A stretch of 63,275 nt of DNA, counting the filler, from Stramenopiles sp. TOSAG23-6 (lineage: Eukaryota), in assembly GCA_900128565.1 (NCBI GenBank). It is 7 parts of 7 records of this genome, joined end to end, with 100 filler letters (N's around TTAATTAATTAA, not from the genome) between each part and the next. Parts side by side here need not be neighbours in the genome. Positions count along the whole stretch, not along the records: positions 12,123 to 24,136 come from LT636226.1; positions 24,237 to 36,199 come from LT636227.1; 5 more parts are not named here. One strand, given 5' to 3'. This document shows, in pieces, positions 22,474 through 34,477 of the stretch (positions within the stretch are counted from its first letter, which is position 1; every line of letters starts with the position of its first letter). The position numbers were made by a program, and so were the translations under genes. Below the pieces are notes generated by a model. The model was not told where the DNA came from. It did no database searches and saw nothing but the letters and a program-made list of their open reading frames with translations.

Positions 22474-24136
22474 TTAATCAATTGAAAATCCCGGTGGAGG
22501 TTCCCATGAAGTTTCTAATGTAGTTTTGTGATAATAATACGGTTTCCCAACCGGATCAAATGCTTTCGCCCACTCATTTTCATCATCTACGGCAGCTGCT
22601 TTTGACGATGATTCTAACTTTCTTTTGGATGTAACTGTTGTTGCTTCAACTGCTACCTTTGCTTTTGTTTCCGATTTAGCTTTTGTTTTTGCTTTAGCTT
22701 TTGCTTCATTTGCTTTAGCTTTTGTTTTTGCTTTAGCTTTTTCTTTAGCTTTTGCTTCATTTGCTTCAGCTTTTTCTTTAGCTTTAGCTTTTGTTTTTGC
22801 TTTAGCTTTTTCTGTAGCTTTTGCTTCATTTGCTTCAGCTTTTTCTTTAGCTTTAGCTTTTGCTTCATTTGCTTTAGCTTTTTCTTTAGCTTTTGCTTCA
22901 TTTGCTGCCTTTGTTTTAGATTTTACGTCTGCCATTGCTTTCGCACCAGCTAACAAAAGGTCTTCATGGGCATCTTTTTCTTTTATTTTCGCTTTANTCN
23001 ACGCNTTTTTTTGCAGNAANAAGATCTAATTCTTTGTTTCTTGCAGTAAGTTTTGCTTTTTCTTCGGCTATGACTGCCGCTTTTGCTGCAGCAATTGCAT
23101 CAATCTTAAATTTTGATGCAGTAATAGCATCATTCTTTAATTTTTTTGCTTTCATTTTTTTTTCGTCTGATATAGCAGATGCATTGGAAGATTTTTCTAA
23201 CTTTGCTTTCGATTTAGATTCCACTTTGGCTTTTGTTTTTGTTTTAGTTGCTGCCTTTGCTTTTGCTTCAGCTGCTACCTTTGCTTTTGCTTCAGCTGCT
23301 GGCTTTGCTTTTGCTTCAGCTGCTACCTTTGCTTTTGCTTCAGCNGTTGCCTTAGCTTTTGCTTCCGCTTCAGCTGCTGCCTTTGCTTCAGCTGCTGCCT
23401 TTGCTTTTGCTTTTGCTTCAGCTGCTACCTTTGCTTTTGCTTCAGCTGCTACCTTTGCTTTTGCTTCCGCCTTTGCTTTTGCTTCGGCTTCTGATTTAGC
23501 TTTTGCTTCAATTGTTGCCTTTGCTTTTGTTTCCAATTTAGCTCTTGCTCCCGCCTTTGATTTTGTTTCAACTTCCACACTAGATTTTGCCTTTTTTGCG
23601 ATTTCCTTTGGTTTTCTTTCAACTGCTTTAGTTGTTGTTGACTTATTCCGTTTTAGCAAACTTTCTTCTTTTGCATTTGTTACATCTTCGTTATCAGTGT
23701 TTTCTAATTTATTGCTTTGCTTCTTCCATTCTTTGGATACTGCAGAAGATAGTGCCTCAATATGCTCTTCATTATTGATGCCATGCTCATCACAAAATCG
23801 TTTTGTTGCTTCATTTGCATTATCTCCACTAAACATATGTAAATGCCTCACTTTTCCATTCACCTTCAAAGGTACAGAAAGTAAAGGCATTGCTTTGTTT
23901 TGTTTTGGTGGTGGCACTGGTGGCGATTCAGGCACTGTTTTCGCTCGTTTTGGTGGTGGCACTGGTGGCGATTCAGGCATTGTTTTGTTTTGTTTTGGTG
24001 GTGGCACTGGCGGCGATTCAGGCATTGTTTTGTTTTGTTTTGGTGGTGGCACTGGTGGCGATTCAGGCATTGTTTTGTTTTGTTTTGGTGGTGGCACTGG
24101 CGGCGATTCAGGCATTGTTTTGTTTTGTTTTGGTGG
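22474..24136 (-). CDS. Pro-rich and Ala/Lys/Glu-rich repetitive protein with C-terminal WW domain (5' partial; ambiguous bases near 23000)
   Basis: 42-bp MPESPPVPPPKQNKT-type repeats, AEAKAK repeats, EWAKAFDPVGKPYYYHKTTLETSWEPP. Confidence 0.7.
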
Positions 24137-24236
24137 NNNNNNNNNNNNNNNNNNNNNNNNNNNNNNNNNNNNNNNNNNNNTTAATTAATTAANNNNNNNN
24201 NNNNNNNNNNNNNNNNNNNNNNNNNNNNNNNNNNNN
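24137..24236. other. Artificial contig linker
   Basis: N-TTAATTAATTAA-N. Confidence 0.95.
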
Positions 24237-24341
24237 TTTTTTTTTTTTTTTTTTTTAGTTTTTTTTTTCATACGAAAATTTGTACCTAACATTTTTTTTG
24301 TTTTTGGTAAAAAAATTTTGAAATATTTTTTCATAATCCAT

Positions 24342-26321
24342 ATATCTGGGATTGGGGTCCTACTGATACAATGAATGCAGCCACTTTAGGTGGAAATGCT
24401 GATTTTAATACCAATCCTGAAGGCTATCGTCGTTGGGTATCAGAAAATGATGTAGGAGGGAGAAGAGGACGTTTTATAGTAGGACAAGTTAATCAAGGAC
24501 AAAATTTTAATGATACTTTAATACAAAATACAAGAAATTCAAGAAATTCAACTTTAAATTCAAGAAATACAACTTTGACTACTATACAAAATGATAATAA
24601 TCAACACCAAGTAGGAAATAATAGTACAAATACTGCTGTTAATAGTAAAAGTATTACAAAAAAATTATTAGATATTGAACGTGTAAAAGTGGAAGATGAA
24701 AGAAGACTTTGGTATGTTTTATTTTTTTTTAAAACAAAAAAATCGAGTTTTTTTTTCGTACGAAATTTTGTGCCTAACAATTTTTTTTTTTTTTTTTGAA
24801 ATATTTTTCCAAAATACAGGGAAGCCGCTGTTGTTCGCCTCGCACGACCAAAAACGTGTCGTCAGTTACTCGGACTTGCTACTGGAGGACGATCAGGTTT
24901 ATATACTGTATTTCCTCCAGCCTATGGACATGTATGTTTTCAATTTTTTTTTTTAATGAATTTTTTCTTTTTTATGAAATTTTTTTTTTTTTTTTATGAA
25001 ATTTTTTTTTTTTTTTATGAAAAAAAATTTTTTACTAAAAATAAAAAAAATATATATGTTTCACATAAAATGGTGAAGAATCAATACAGCTTTATGCAGG
25101 TATTCAAGTGTACTGTGACATGGTAACAGATGGTGGTGGATGGACATTATTGGGCTATGCAGAGGAAGGAGAGTTGGGTAATAAATTAGGAGTATCTAAT
25201 GGCCAATATGTATGTTTTCATCATATTTTTTTTTTTTAAATTTAAAATTTTTTCGTACGAAAATCTGTACCTAACAAATATAAAAAAAAAATCAAATATT
25301 TCTTTTAAAACAGGAACCTTTAGTACGTAGAGGTTCTGCCAATATAAATTCATTATGGTTAGTTCAAAGTAGTAAAGAAGCTGCATGTACGTTTTTTTTT
25401 TTTTTTAACAAAAAAATCAAATTTTTTTTTTTCAAAAAATTTTGTACCTAAGGAATTTTTTTTTGAACTATTTTTCAAAATATATTTAGTTGGTCTTTCG
25501 ACTCTTCTTCTAAAAATGCTAAACAATCGACTTTCAATAGTACAAAAGTACCTACTTCGGACATAACGTCGTATCACTTTGCTGCTAAATTTAATGTACG
25601 TTTTTATTTTTTTTTTAAATTTGAAATTGAATTTTTTTTTCATAGTAAATTTCATACCTAACAAAAACATTTCAAAAAAAAAATATTTTTCCAAAATACA
25701 TATCCCTAATCCTGAATTGCAAACACTTGCACCAGCAAATAGTATTAATGCTTGTAATAGTGCAGCGTTTTCACCTGTGGATGTAACTTGTATTAGCAAA
25801 GAAAAATGTGGTATTCCAAAAAAAATGTACGTTTTTTTTTTTTCAATAATTTTTTTTTTGTAATTGTTTTTTTTTTGTAGTGAATTTTGTACCTAACAAA
25901 TTTTTTAAATATTTTTTAAATATTTTTTCATAGTATATGTACACTGGGACAAATTCTCTTGGAGTTTGTTATGGTCATGCCTATGGACTCGTCTCTGATT
26001 CTAAGAAATCAAAAGAAAAAGTATGTTTTGATTGTACCGTTTTGTCTATTTTTTTTTTTTTNTTTTTTTTTNGTTTTTTTTTGGTTTCGTACGAAATTTC
26101 GTACCTAACAAAAAAAATCAAAAAAAAAAAATGAAATATTTTTCACAATATAGGATAAAGGTACAATTAACTGTGACTTGAAAATTTCAGATACTGGAAA
26201 AGATCGAACTGCAATTTATATGGGCTTAGATAAAACAAAAAGTTGTTCTGGAGTAAAAACTGATCGAAAAGGCAAAGAATCTGGACCAAAGCCATCAACA
26301 ATTGGTTTCTGGGTACGATAG
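24342..26321 (+). CDS. Fibrinogen-related-domain protein (5' partial); introns 24712-24819, 24932-25071, 25210-25313, 25387-25485, 25596-25701, 25827-25938, 26021-26153
   Basis: After splicing: PKTCRQLL...SGLYTVFP...IQVYCDMVTDGGGWTLLGYA...IGFWVR*. Confidence 0.75.
25210..25313 (+). mobile_element. Introner-like intron, GT...AG after an exon ending AT
   Basis: CAA TAT|GTATGT...AAAACAG|GAA CCT. Confidence 0.75.
25387..25485 (+). mobile_element. Introner-like intron, GT...AT with an unused AG 4 nt downstream
   Basis: GCA T|GTACGT...AATATAT|TT AGT TGG. Confidence 0.7.
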
Positions 26322-26327
26322 TGTGTA

Positions 26328-26369
26328 CTAGGGTTAGGGTTAGGGTTAGTGTGTAGTAGGGTTAGGGTT
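26328..26369 (+). repeat. Interstitial telomere-like TTAGGG repeats
   Basis: TAGGGTTAGGGTTAGGGTTAG...AGGGTTAGGGTT. Confidence 0.6.
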
Positions 26370-26714
26370 TCTAGATATACAATTTCAAATTGTGTTTCAA
26401 ATTATTTTCACAATAATAAAAAATACAATTTTTTCATTTTTTTTTTTTTTTGTGTGTTTTGACCTACTAGTGAAGAGTCAATAATTTTGAATTCAAAATC
26501 AAAGGCGGCCTCTTCGCAATCCAAAATATTAGACAGTCTAATATTTGTAGACAGTCTTAAAAAATTAACCGTATTTCGTGTTGTTACCGGGTAATTTCTT
26601 CCGTTATTTTTAACGGTTTTTTTTTACTACCCGTATGGGTATCCAACGATATTTTTTTAACTACCCGTAGGGGTAGAAGAAAAAGAGTTAGGGTTAGGGG
26701 TAGAAGAAAAAGAG

Positions 26715-27263
26715 TTGACAGAAGAACAAGATGAGATTGTCAGTGAATGGAATGATCTTTTATCCTTGTGTACTGCTATTGCTTTGTTTTATTATGATCT
26801 CACACATGTCCGTTTCAAAATTGAATATTGTACCAAAATGAGAAAAAAAACAATTCAAAACATTCAATCTTTTGAATTTCACTTTTTTTTTTTTTTTTTA
26901 AATTCCTAACGATTTTTTTATTCATTATTTTCACACAATACATGAAAAGACAACTAAATTTAATGAATTAGAAGAAAATCATAGTAGTATAACTGAAATA
27001 TTACAAAAACATTGTTCAACACATTCTAATAATATTGATGATGAATATTTCAATACTGATAATAATAATAATTATATTAATGATGATAATGACCTAGTAC
27101 TATCTAGTCAATCGATATCTACTAGTTTTTCAAAACATACGAAACATACTAACCCTAACCCTCATAATAGGAAAAATACTAAACATAACCCTCATAATAC
27201 AAAAAATACTGAGTTTCGAAATAAAGTTATAAATTTAGTACAATCATCCACAGACTCGGAATA
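26715..27263 (+). CDS. Hypothetical gene fragment with element intron 26808-26943
   Basis: CAT|GTCCGT...AATACAT|GAA opens a ~105-codon frame; no clear start. Confidence 0.4.
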
Positions 27264-27467
27264 AATGTAGTACAAACATTAACAAGATCATCAAAGTCTT
27301 TTTAAGATTTCGTGTAGTGGTAGACCATTGTATATTATAAAAAAGAATTACTATATAATGGTGATATAAAATGTATATAATATAAGACAATCTCTCTCTT
27401 TCTTTCTCTTTCTCTCTCTCTCTCCACGTCTCCTTTTCTTCGTTTACACAAAGTATTCTTTGATTTC

Positions 27468-28884
27468 TTACTGAAGAAAGTAGGAAAGAATAATAGGAAC
27501 AAGCACAGACACAAAACAAATCACATTAATACTACTTCCATTTGGTGGTGTTGCAGGTGGTGTTGCAGGTGGTGTTGCTGGTGGTGTTGCTGGTGGTGTC
27601 GCTTCTGGTGTTGCTGCTGGTTGTCCTGCTGGTGGTGTTGCTGCTGGTTGTCCTGCTGGTGGTGCTGGTGGTGCTGGTGGTGTTGCTGGTGGTGCTGGTG
27701 GTGTTGGTGCTGGTGTTGCTGGTGGTGGTGCTGGTGGTGTTGGTGCTGGTGTTGCTGGTGGTGGTGGTGCTGGTTTAAGAACACCAGCAGCAGCAGCAGC
27801 AGTAGCACCACGAGCAGAAACAGCACTTCCAGGACCAAGAGCACCACCACCACCATACATATCAGCATCACAAATACCACCAATAGTAAGACTTCTCACT
27901 TCTGAAACATCTATCGAATCATCTGTCATTCTTTCGTACACCTTCCTTGCACAGTCGGCCCAATCGACTCGTCCCCAAACATCCAAAAGTCCAAAAAAAG
28001 CCTTAGTGTATGTACTGTGAATAAATATTTCACAACATAAATCGTTAATTTAAAAACAAACACGACAGGTGGATTGTGTAGGGGAAAAAATATATGAGCA
28101 ATACTTTTGAGATTCGAATTTCAAAATGAATGTTGAAAACATACCAGGACCATCATTGCCACGACCATACCCCTGATAATAATCTTTTGCTGTAACCATT
28201 GGTCGTTTATTTTTAACAAAGGTGTAAGCTTCTTCTTTAGTTACGTTAAATCGGCTCATCAAATAAGCAAGTACAATTACTGTAGAACGATCATGTCCTT
28301 GCATACAACAAACCAATACTTTTTTATTTGAGCTACGTGCTTTATCAATAAGATTCATTGCACTCTCAAATTTGTCAGATTGTTCAAAAAAAGAAGCAAC
28401 GGTGATATCTGACATATCAATATTATAAGTCGCTTTTTCGAATGTGATATCAACAACTTTTCCCTTTTGTATAGCAGCATTAAATGATTCACTTTTACCA
28501 AGCTCTTCATCACCAGTTTCTCCTCTTGTAGCAGCAACAATTCCAATGTACTCCTGTATTGTGAAATTGTTGTTCAATAATTATGAAACAATGAATAATA
28601 TTTGTTGTGGAAAAATATATCAAAAAATAATTTTCAAATTAATACGAAACACATACAGGATTATACTCAACATTAGCACATCTACCTAAGTGAAGAAAAT
28701 GTAATATTTCCGTGAAAGGAGGCTCATCGAGTAAAATTCGTGTCAATTCTTCAATACTTCTCTTTGCGACTCCTGCATTTTGTATCTCATATCGAATTGC
28801 GTCATCGTCCGACCCAACATCAGCGGCATATGTATATGTAATACACATTGCAACAACCACGATAATTCCATATTGAAGTTTCAT
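27468..28884 (-). CDS. Dual-specificity phosphatase-like protein with signal peptide, Pro/Ala/Thr stalk and hydrophobic C-tail; introns 28554-28656 (GT-AG) and 28010-28144 (GT-AT)
   Basis: KVLVCCMQGHDRSTVIVLAYLM (CX5R), AYTFVKNKRP; N-terminus MKLQYGIIVVVAMCITYTYAA. Confidence 0.75.
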
Positions 28885-29509
28885 TTTGTTTTGAATGTAA
28901 TAGAATAGTCAATAGAGTATCCAATGTTATATAGAATCAAAAGCGTTTTCTTGTTTACGACGAGTAAAACAATAAAACGTATCCTACAAACAAAGATGCA
29001 CCAGAAAACAAACAACAACGCGAAAAAAAATTCAAAACAAAATTCAAACTTTTTTTTTTTCTTGAGCGTATTTTTTCAACAAACACGAAATCAAATCGAA
29101 ATATAAAATATAAAAATCATAAAATATAAAANTAAATTCGTTTGGACAAAAAAAAATTATGATAAAAATTTTACTACTAGATTTTAGTACAAATTATTTC
29201 TTTATTCCATTTTTTTCTTATTATTCTTATTATTCATAGTTAATAATGTATGTAAACCATCATTTGAAAGAAGAAAATCATTCATTGGATCTAATTCATC
29301 ATAAGATTCATCACTATCATAATGAATACTAGGGTTAGGGTTTTTTTTTTTTTCAAAATTTTTTTCAAAATTATTTTTTTTTTCATTATTTCGTGTCATT
29401 GAATCAAATGTAGATTCATATTTTGTATTTGTACTTTTATTTGATACTTGACTTCTATTTGTCATACTTTTTAAAAAATGAATTCTATTTGTACTTATAT
29501 CTTTTGCCA

Positions 29510-31189
29510 GGGAGCTCGAATGTGAGTAAGAAAAAAACATTTTGGACAAAACAAAAAGTACTTATACTCGTTGCGACTGTTCTTGTAATTGCTATAGCTT
29601 TTGGTATTTTGATTCCACTAGTGTTTCTAAAGAAGAACTCACAGTCAACAAAAATTCCTGTAAAACTAACTTATCCAGGCACATATGATGGTGACGATAA
29701 AGAAAAGTATACCCCTCTAAAGAAAAAAATCGTAAATGCGGTGGAAAAATATGGAGATTCTGTAGTTAATGGAATTGAAGGTATTTCAGTGGAGGCTGGT
29801 TCAATTATTGTGAGATGTACTGTTTCAAGAAGTAAGAGTAAAGGACCAGTAGACCCCAAAGAGTATCAAAAGAAACTGGGGAACACAACAGGCGCAGAGC
29901 AAACTACACCAGCTCCATCACCACAAACACCACCTGCAACACCACCACCTGCAACACCACCTGCAACACCTGCAACACCACCACCTGCAACACCACCTGC
30001 AACACCACCACAACCACAACCACAACCACCACAACCAAGTGTTGCAGGATCAAACCAAACAATTGAAGATGAAATAAAAAATGCCGTTTATCCAGTAATC
30101 GAAAGTGATGCAGATTTCAATCAACGAGTAGGAGGACTTTCTGATGAACAAGCTGCTATAGCACTGGCTAAAAGGTTTCCTGAATCTTCGACAATATTAC
30201 CTTTTCTAGAATTAGGTAGATGTCCTGATGTTAAGTATACGAAAGTATGTGTTAGTATGATTTTGATTTTTTTTACTAAGATTTTTTTTTTTCCATAACA
30301 AAAAATCATTAAGTATTTCACAAATTTTTAAATATTTTCTGAAAAAACAGGATTACATAGGAATTATTGCTGCTACTCGTGGAAAAAAACATCGAACATT
30401 TGTTACTGCTATAGAACAAGGTTTACTTGATATTACATTTGGAAAAGCATCTGATAACGATCTAGATGATGTAACAATCGCTTCTTTTATTGAAGAATCT
30501 CAAAAATTTGAGGCTGCAATGAATCTTATTGATAAAGCACGTGTATGTTTTATTTTTATTCAATTTCGGATTTGTTTTTGTACGAAATTTCGTAATTGAC
30601 AAATTTTATAAAACAAAATATTTTTCCACAATATATGCACAAGGAAAGAAAGTATTGGTTTGTTGTATGCAAGGACTTGCGTATTTGATGAAAACATTTG
30701 ACGTAACAAAACAACAAGCTTATAAGTTTGTAAAAAGTAAAAGACCAAAAATTACGGTAAAAGATTACTATCAATCGTATGGTTTAGATAATAATACTGA
30801 TTGTACGTTTTCATCATTCACTTCAACATGTGAAAATCAAATGTCTTTTTTAAATGTCTTTTTCAAATGTCTTTTTTTAAATGTCTCATTCTTAATTTCA
30901 TATTATATTCCATAAATAATCCAAATCGCGTATTTGTTATAGGTTTTTATACTAACAATTTATATTCGGATATATATTTATTCATAGTACATGGACTTCA
31001 GATTTATCAGGACTTTTGGATATTTGGCCACGAAACAATTGGGCCGGATGTGCCCTTTTATTGTATCAGGCAAATAAAGAGATTATTCAAATTCGATTAA
31101 AAGACCAAAAATTGCGTAAACTCCAATATCCAAGGCGTACTAAAGGTGTTGCTCCTAAAATTGAAAATGTTTGTGCCGGATTGCTTTGA
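29510..31189 (+). CDS. Paralogous DSP-like protein with N-terminal TM and Pro-rich stalk, catalytic loop deleted; introns 30245-30350, 30543-30636, 30803-30992; start not identified
   Basis: LPFLELGRC, YIGIIAATRG, AMNLIDKAR, VLVCCMQGLAYLM and GLLDIW all align to the 27468-28884 gene. Confidence 0.65.
30543..30636 (+). mobile_element. Introner-like intron absent from the paralog
   Basis: GCA CGT|GTATGT...AATATAT|GCA CAA GGA; the paralog has uninterrupted GCA CGT AGC. Confidence 0.75.
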
Positions 31190-31314
31190 AGATCTTAAAG
31201 CACTTGTAGCAGAAAGTGGATTAACTGAGGCACATGCAAAAGTGGAATGATGGGGTAAAAAAATATTATTATTTCTGAATTCAACCTACTATAAAAAAAA
31301 TTTATTTTTTTTGC

Positions 31315-34300
31315 TTAAAATAAATTTCTCTGTCTTTTTACAGGTGTTTTTATATCTAACTGGTGTTGTTTCATTCTTCTTGCATATCTCGATATTCCCA
31401 AACTTGGTGGGAGACTTTTCATGATTTTCTTGTTTTTTGATTCTGCATTTGTTGCAGTATTCCCAACCATCTGATTTCCACTTGTAAAAGATTCTGATGT
31501 AAGACGATTCAGTTTTGTAGATAATCGAAGTACCTTTAGTTGAAGATCTTCCGTCTCCAATGAGTTTTTATCAAGTAAACTTTGAAGTCTATCTCTATCA
31601 TCAAATGCAGCTTTTAATTCAAGTTTATGTGCATCTGTGAGCCGTTGCAGTTGTGAAATATTTTCATATTCTTTATCGACGAGGCGACGTTTCAAACCAT
31701 CTAAATGCTTTTCTTGAGAAGTAAATTTTCGTTTATATGACAAAGCAGTTGTATCCGCATTATTTTGTATTGTATCTTCTTGAACTTTGTATTTTTGTTG
31801 GAGAGCTTCACACTCTGCCTCTGTCACAGCTAACTTCATTTCTGTTTCCCGTAAAGCTTCTTTCAATTCGGCTAATTTTGATATTGCTTCATTGCCTAAC
31901 ACCTGATATTTCTTCACTGAATTATCAATTTTTTCTTTTTTATGTAAAAGTAAATTATATTTTTCACGCAGTGATTGCTCAACTTGTTGATGTTTTTTTA
32001 CAGATTTCTTATACTTATCTCTCCATTCTTTAATCTCATCATTTAGCATTTGCTGTTCTTCATGTATTGTGAAAAAACACGNAATCATGNAAAAAATCGT
32101 TAGGTACGAAATTTCGTATGAAAAAAATAATAAATTAATAAATTCATGATGAAACATACATGAACAAGATCTTTTAACGTGATTATTTCTTTAATTGAAT
32201 TTTTGTGTCGTTTTTTCATGAGATTATTCTGCCAATCTAATTTCATTTGTAAAATATTTTCTTTCCACGTAATCCAAGCACGAGTTTGTAAAAAACCTAA
32301 TTTTTTAGAGAGTATTGTTCGTAATGCACGCTGTCCTTCATGTATTTTGGAAAAATATTTTAAAAAAAATCTTAAAAAATTTGTTAGGTACAAAATTCCG
32401 TACGAAAAAAAAATCGAATTTTTCGGTAAATAAAAAAAAATAAAACAAACATGTACAAATGCCAATTGTGTGCGGATTAAATGGGCAAAAGTGCACCATG
32501 TATTGAATGCAAGGTTACATCGTTTGTGTCGCCATCTGCCCATTGTCATAAATAATAGATTTGTTGCATGTTCCATTTTTTGTTTTTTTACTAAAAATTG
32601 ATGCCATTTTGAAAATCCTCGATACAAGAAATGATAAATAAGTTTTCGTATTGTAGAATCAAGAATGTGAATGACACGTTTGTATTTTTGTCTTATAATG
32701 ACATCATGTATTTTGAAAAAATATTTCAAAAATTTTCTATAAAAAAAAATTTGTTAGGTACGAAATTTTTTTACCAAAAAAAAAAAATTCGATTTTTTTG
32801 TAAAAAAAAAAATAAAACGTACATGTATTCTAGATCCATGAACAATCAAATCCCATGCACGAAATCCTCTAGACAATATTTTATGCCTCATATGATCAAT
32901 CATTCGTGATAAAAGTTGAATAGCTTGTACTTGAGATTGGTGACGAAACACATGACATGTCCATGTATTGTGAAAAAACATGAAATCACAAAAAAAAATC
33001 GTTAGGTACGAAATTTCGTACGAAAAAAAAGTTTAGATAAAAAATTGAAAACAAATAAAATATACATGTGTGCCATCCACTCCATAAATTGTGTTGGAGT
33101 AATCTTCGTATTGCATTTGATGTCGTTGTGTGTAGTCTAGACACAGCATAATCTGTGCGTAAATGTAAAAATTCCTCATTGTATTTTTCTCTCATTTCAA
33201 ATTTGTCTACCAAATGTCGTTTATGAATTGTCTTTGTATACCACACATTCCACGCACCACTCAAAATCTTAGAGAGCCAATGGGATATTACCCTATAGAA
33301 AGAACGTAATTTTGTATCTCGTACAAAACTATCAGCTTGCATGGTGAGTAGTAACGCCTGGCCATTAATATCTGTTTTCTTTTGCACATATAAAAGGTCT
33401 TTAATCAAATCAATCCAACGATACCATCCAATATGAAGTTGACGTCTTTCCCAGTGACAAATTGTACGGTGTATTAAAATGAGAGCATGATGTCTTGCTA
33501 ACCAATGTAAAGTATAATTTATCCACGTAGCAAAACAACGTGTCAGTCGACGATGTATTGTGAAAAAATATTCCAAAATTTTCTATAAAAAAAAACTTGT
33601 TAGGTACAAAAATTTTTTACCAAAAAAAAAAAAAATAAATTCGATTTTTTTACCAAAAAAAAAAATAAATAAAACATACATGCTTCCAGTGGTATAATAC
33701 CGTTTGTAATTTTTGTGATGCAGTCACATATTTAGTATAACGGGCATGAGTCAAATGTGCGTAATTAATCCAAGAACTCCAAGAACGGGCTAATTGTTTA
33801 TGTACCAGTAATTTAATAAAATGTCTTAATAATCGGAGTCCATGTTCTTTTTCCATATTTTCACATTCATATTGAAAAATATTTTCTTGTTTTTGAGATA
33901 ATGATCTTTGTGTAGATAAATTATTTGAAACTTTCATCAACTTTTCATGCACATGAGACCCAAACACAAACATATCCCATGCACGAAATCCTTTTGCTTT
34001 CATTCGATGTAATGCATACTCTATTGTTCTATTTATCAATATGAAAATGTGCTTTTGACGTTGTTGTAAAGATTTATGACTCAAGTCTGCATTTTGTGAA
34101 GTTAAAACACTATGACAATGAGTTCCAAATGAAAACATATCCCATTTGTAAAAAGAGCGACTAAGCATGCGATGCATTGCATGATTCAACGATCTTTGCA
34201 TTAATAATGTGGCATGTTTTTTACATAAAAATATTTTTTTTGTTTTCATATTTAGTAAATTATTCATTTGTTCTGCTGATAAAGTGTCCTCTGTATTTTT

Positions 34301-34378
34301 TAAATTCTCTAATAAACCATTATTTTCAAGCTGTAAATCTTTATATTGAACATGTGCTGCGCGAAGTCGGTCATGTAC
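31315..34378 (-). CDS. Large helical protein with Sfi1-like F/W repeats and coiled-coil C-terminus; introns 33553-33679, 32963-33065, 32706-32822, 32340-32450, 32062-32159
   Basis: Recurrent (R/K)xFxxW motifs; all introns GT...CAT with AT duplication, all in frame. Confidence 0.55.
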
Positions 34379-34477
34379 ATGAATTTTGGAAAAATATTTC
34401 AAAAAAATCTAAAAAAATTGTTAGGTACAAAATTTCGTATGAAAAATAAATTCATAGAAAAAAAAAAAAAAACATAC

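Noticed and set aside
22625-24192. Plus-strand Ala/Phe-rich and Trp/His-rich ORFs
   Set aside because: Antisense shadows of the repetitive minus-strand gene.
27521-27905. Poly-Cys/Trp, Val/Leu and His/Gln ORFs
   Set aside because: Alternative frames of the Pro/Ala/Thr repeat.
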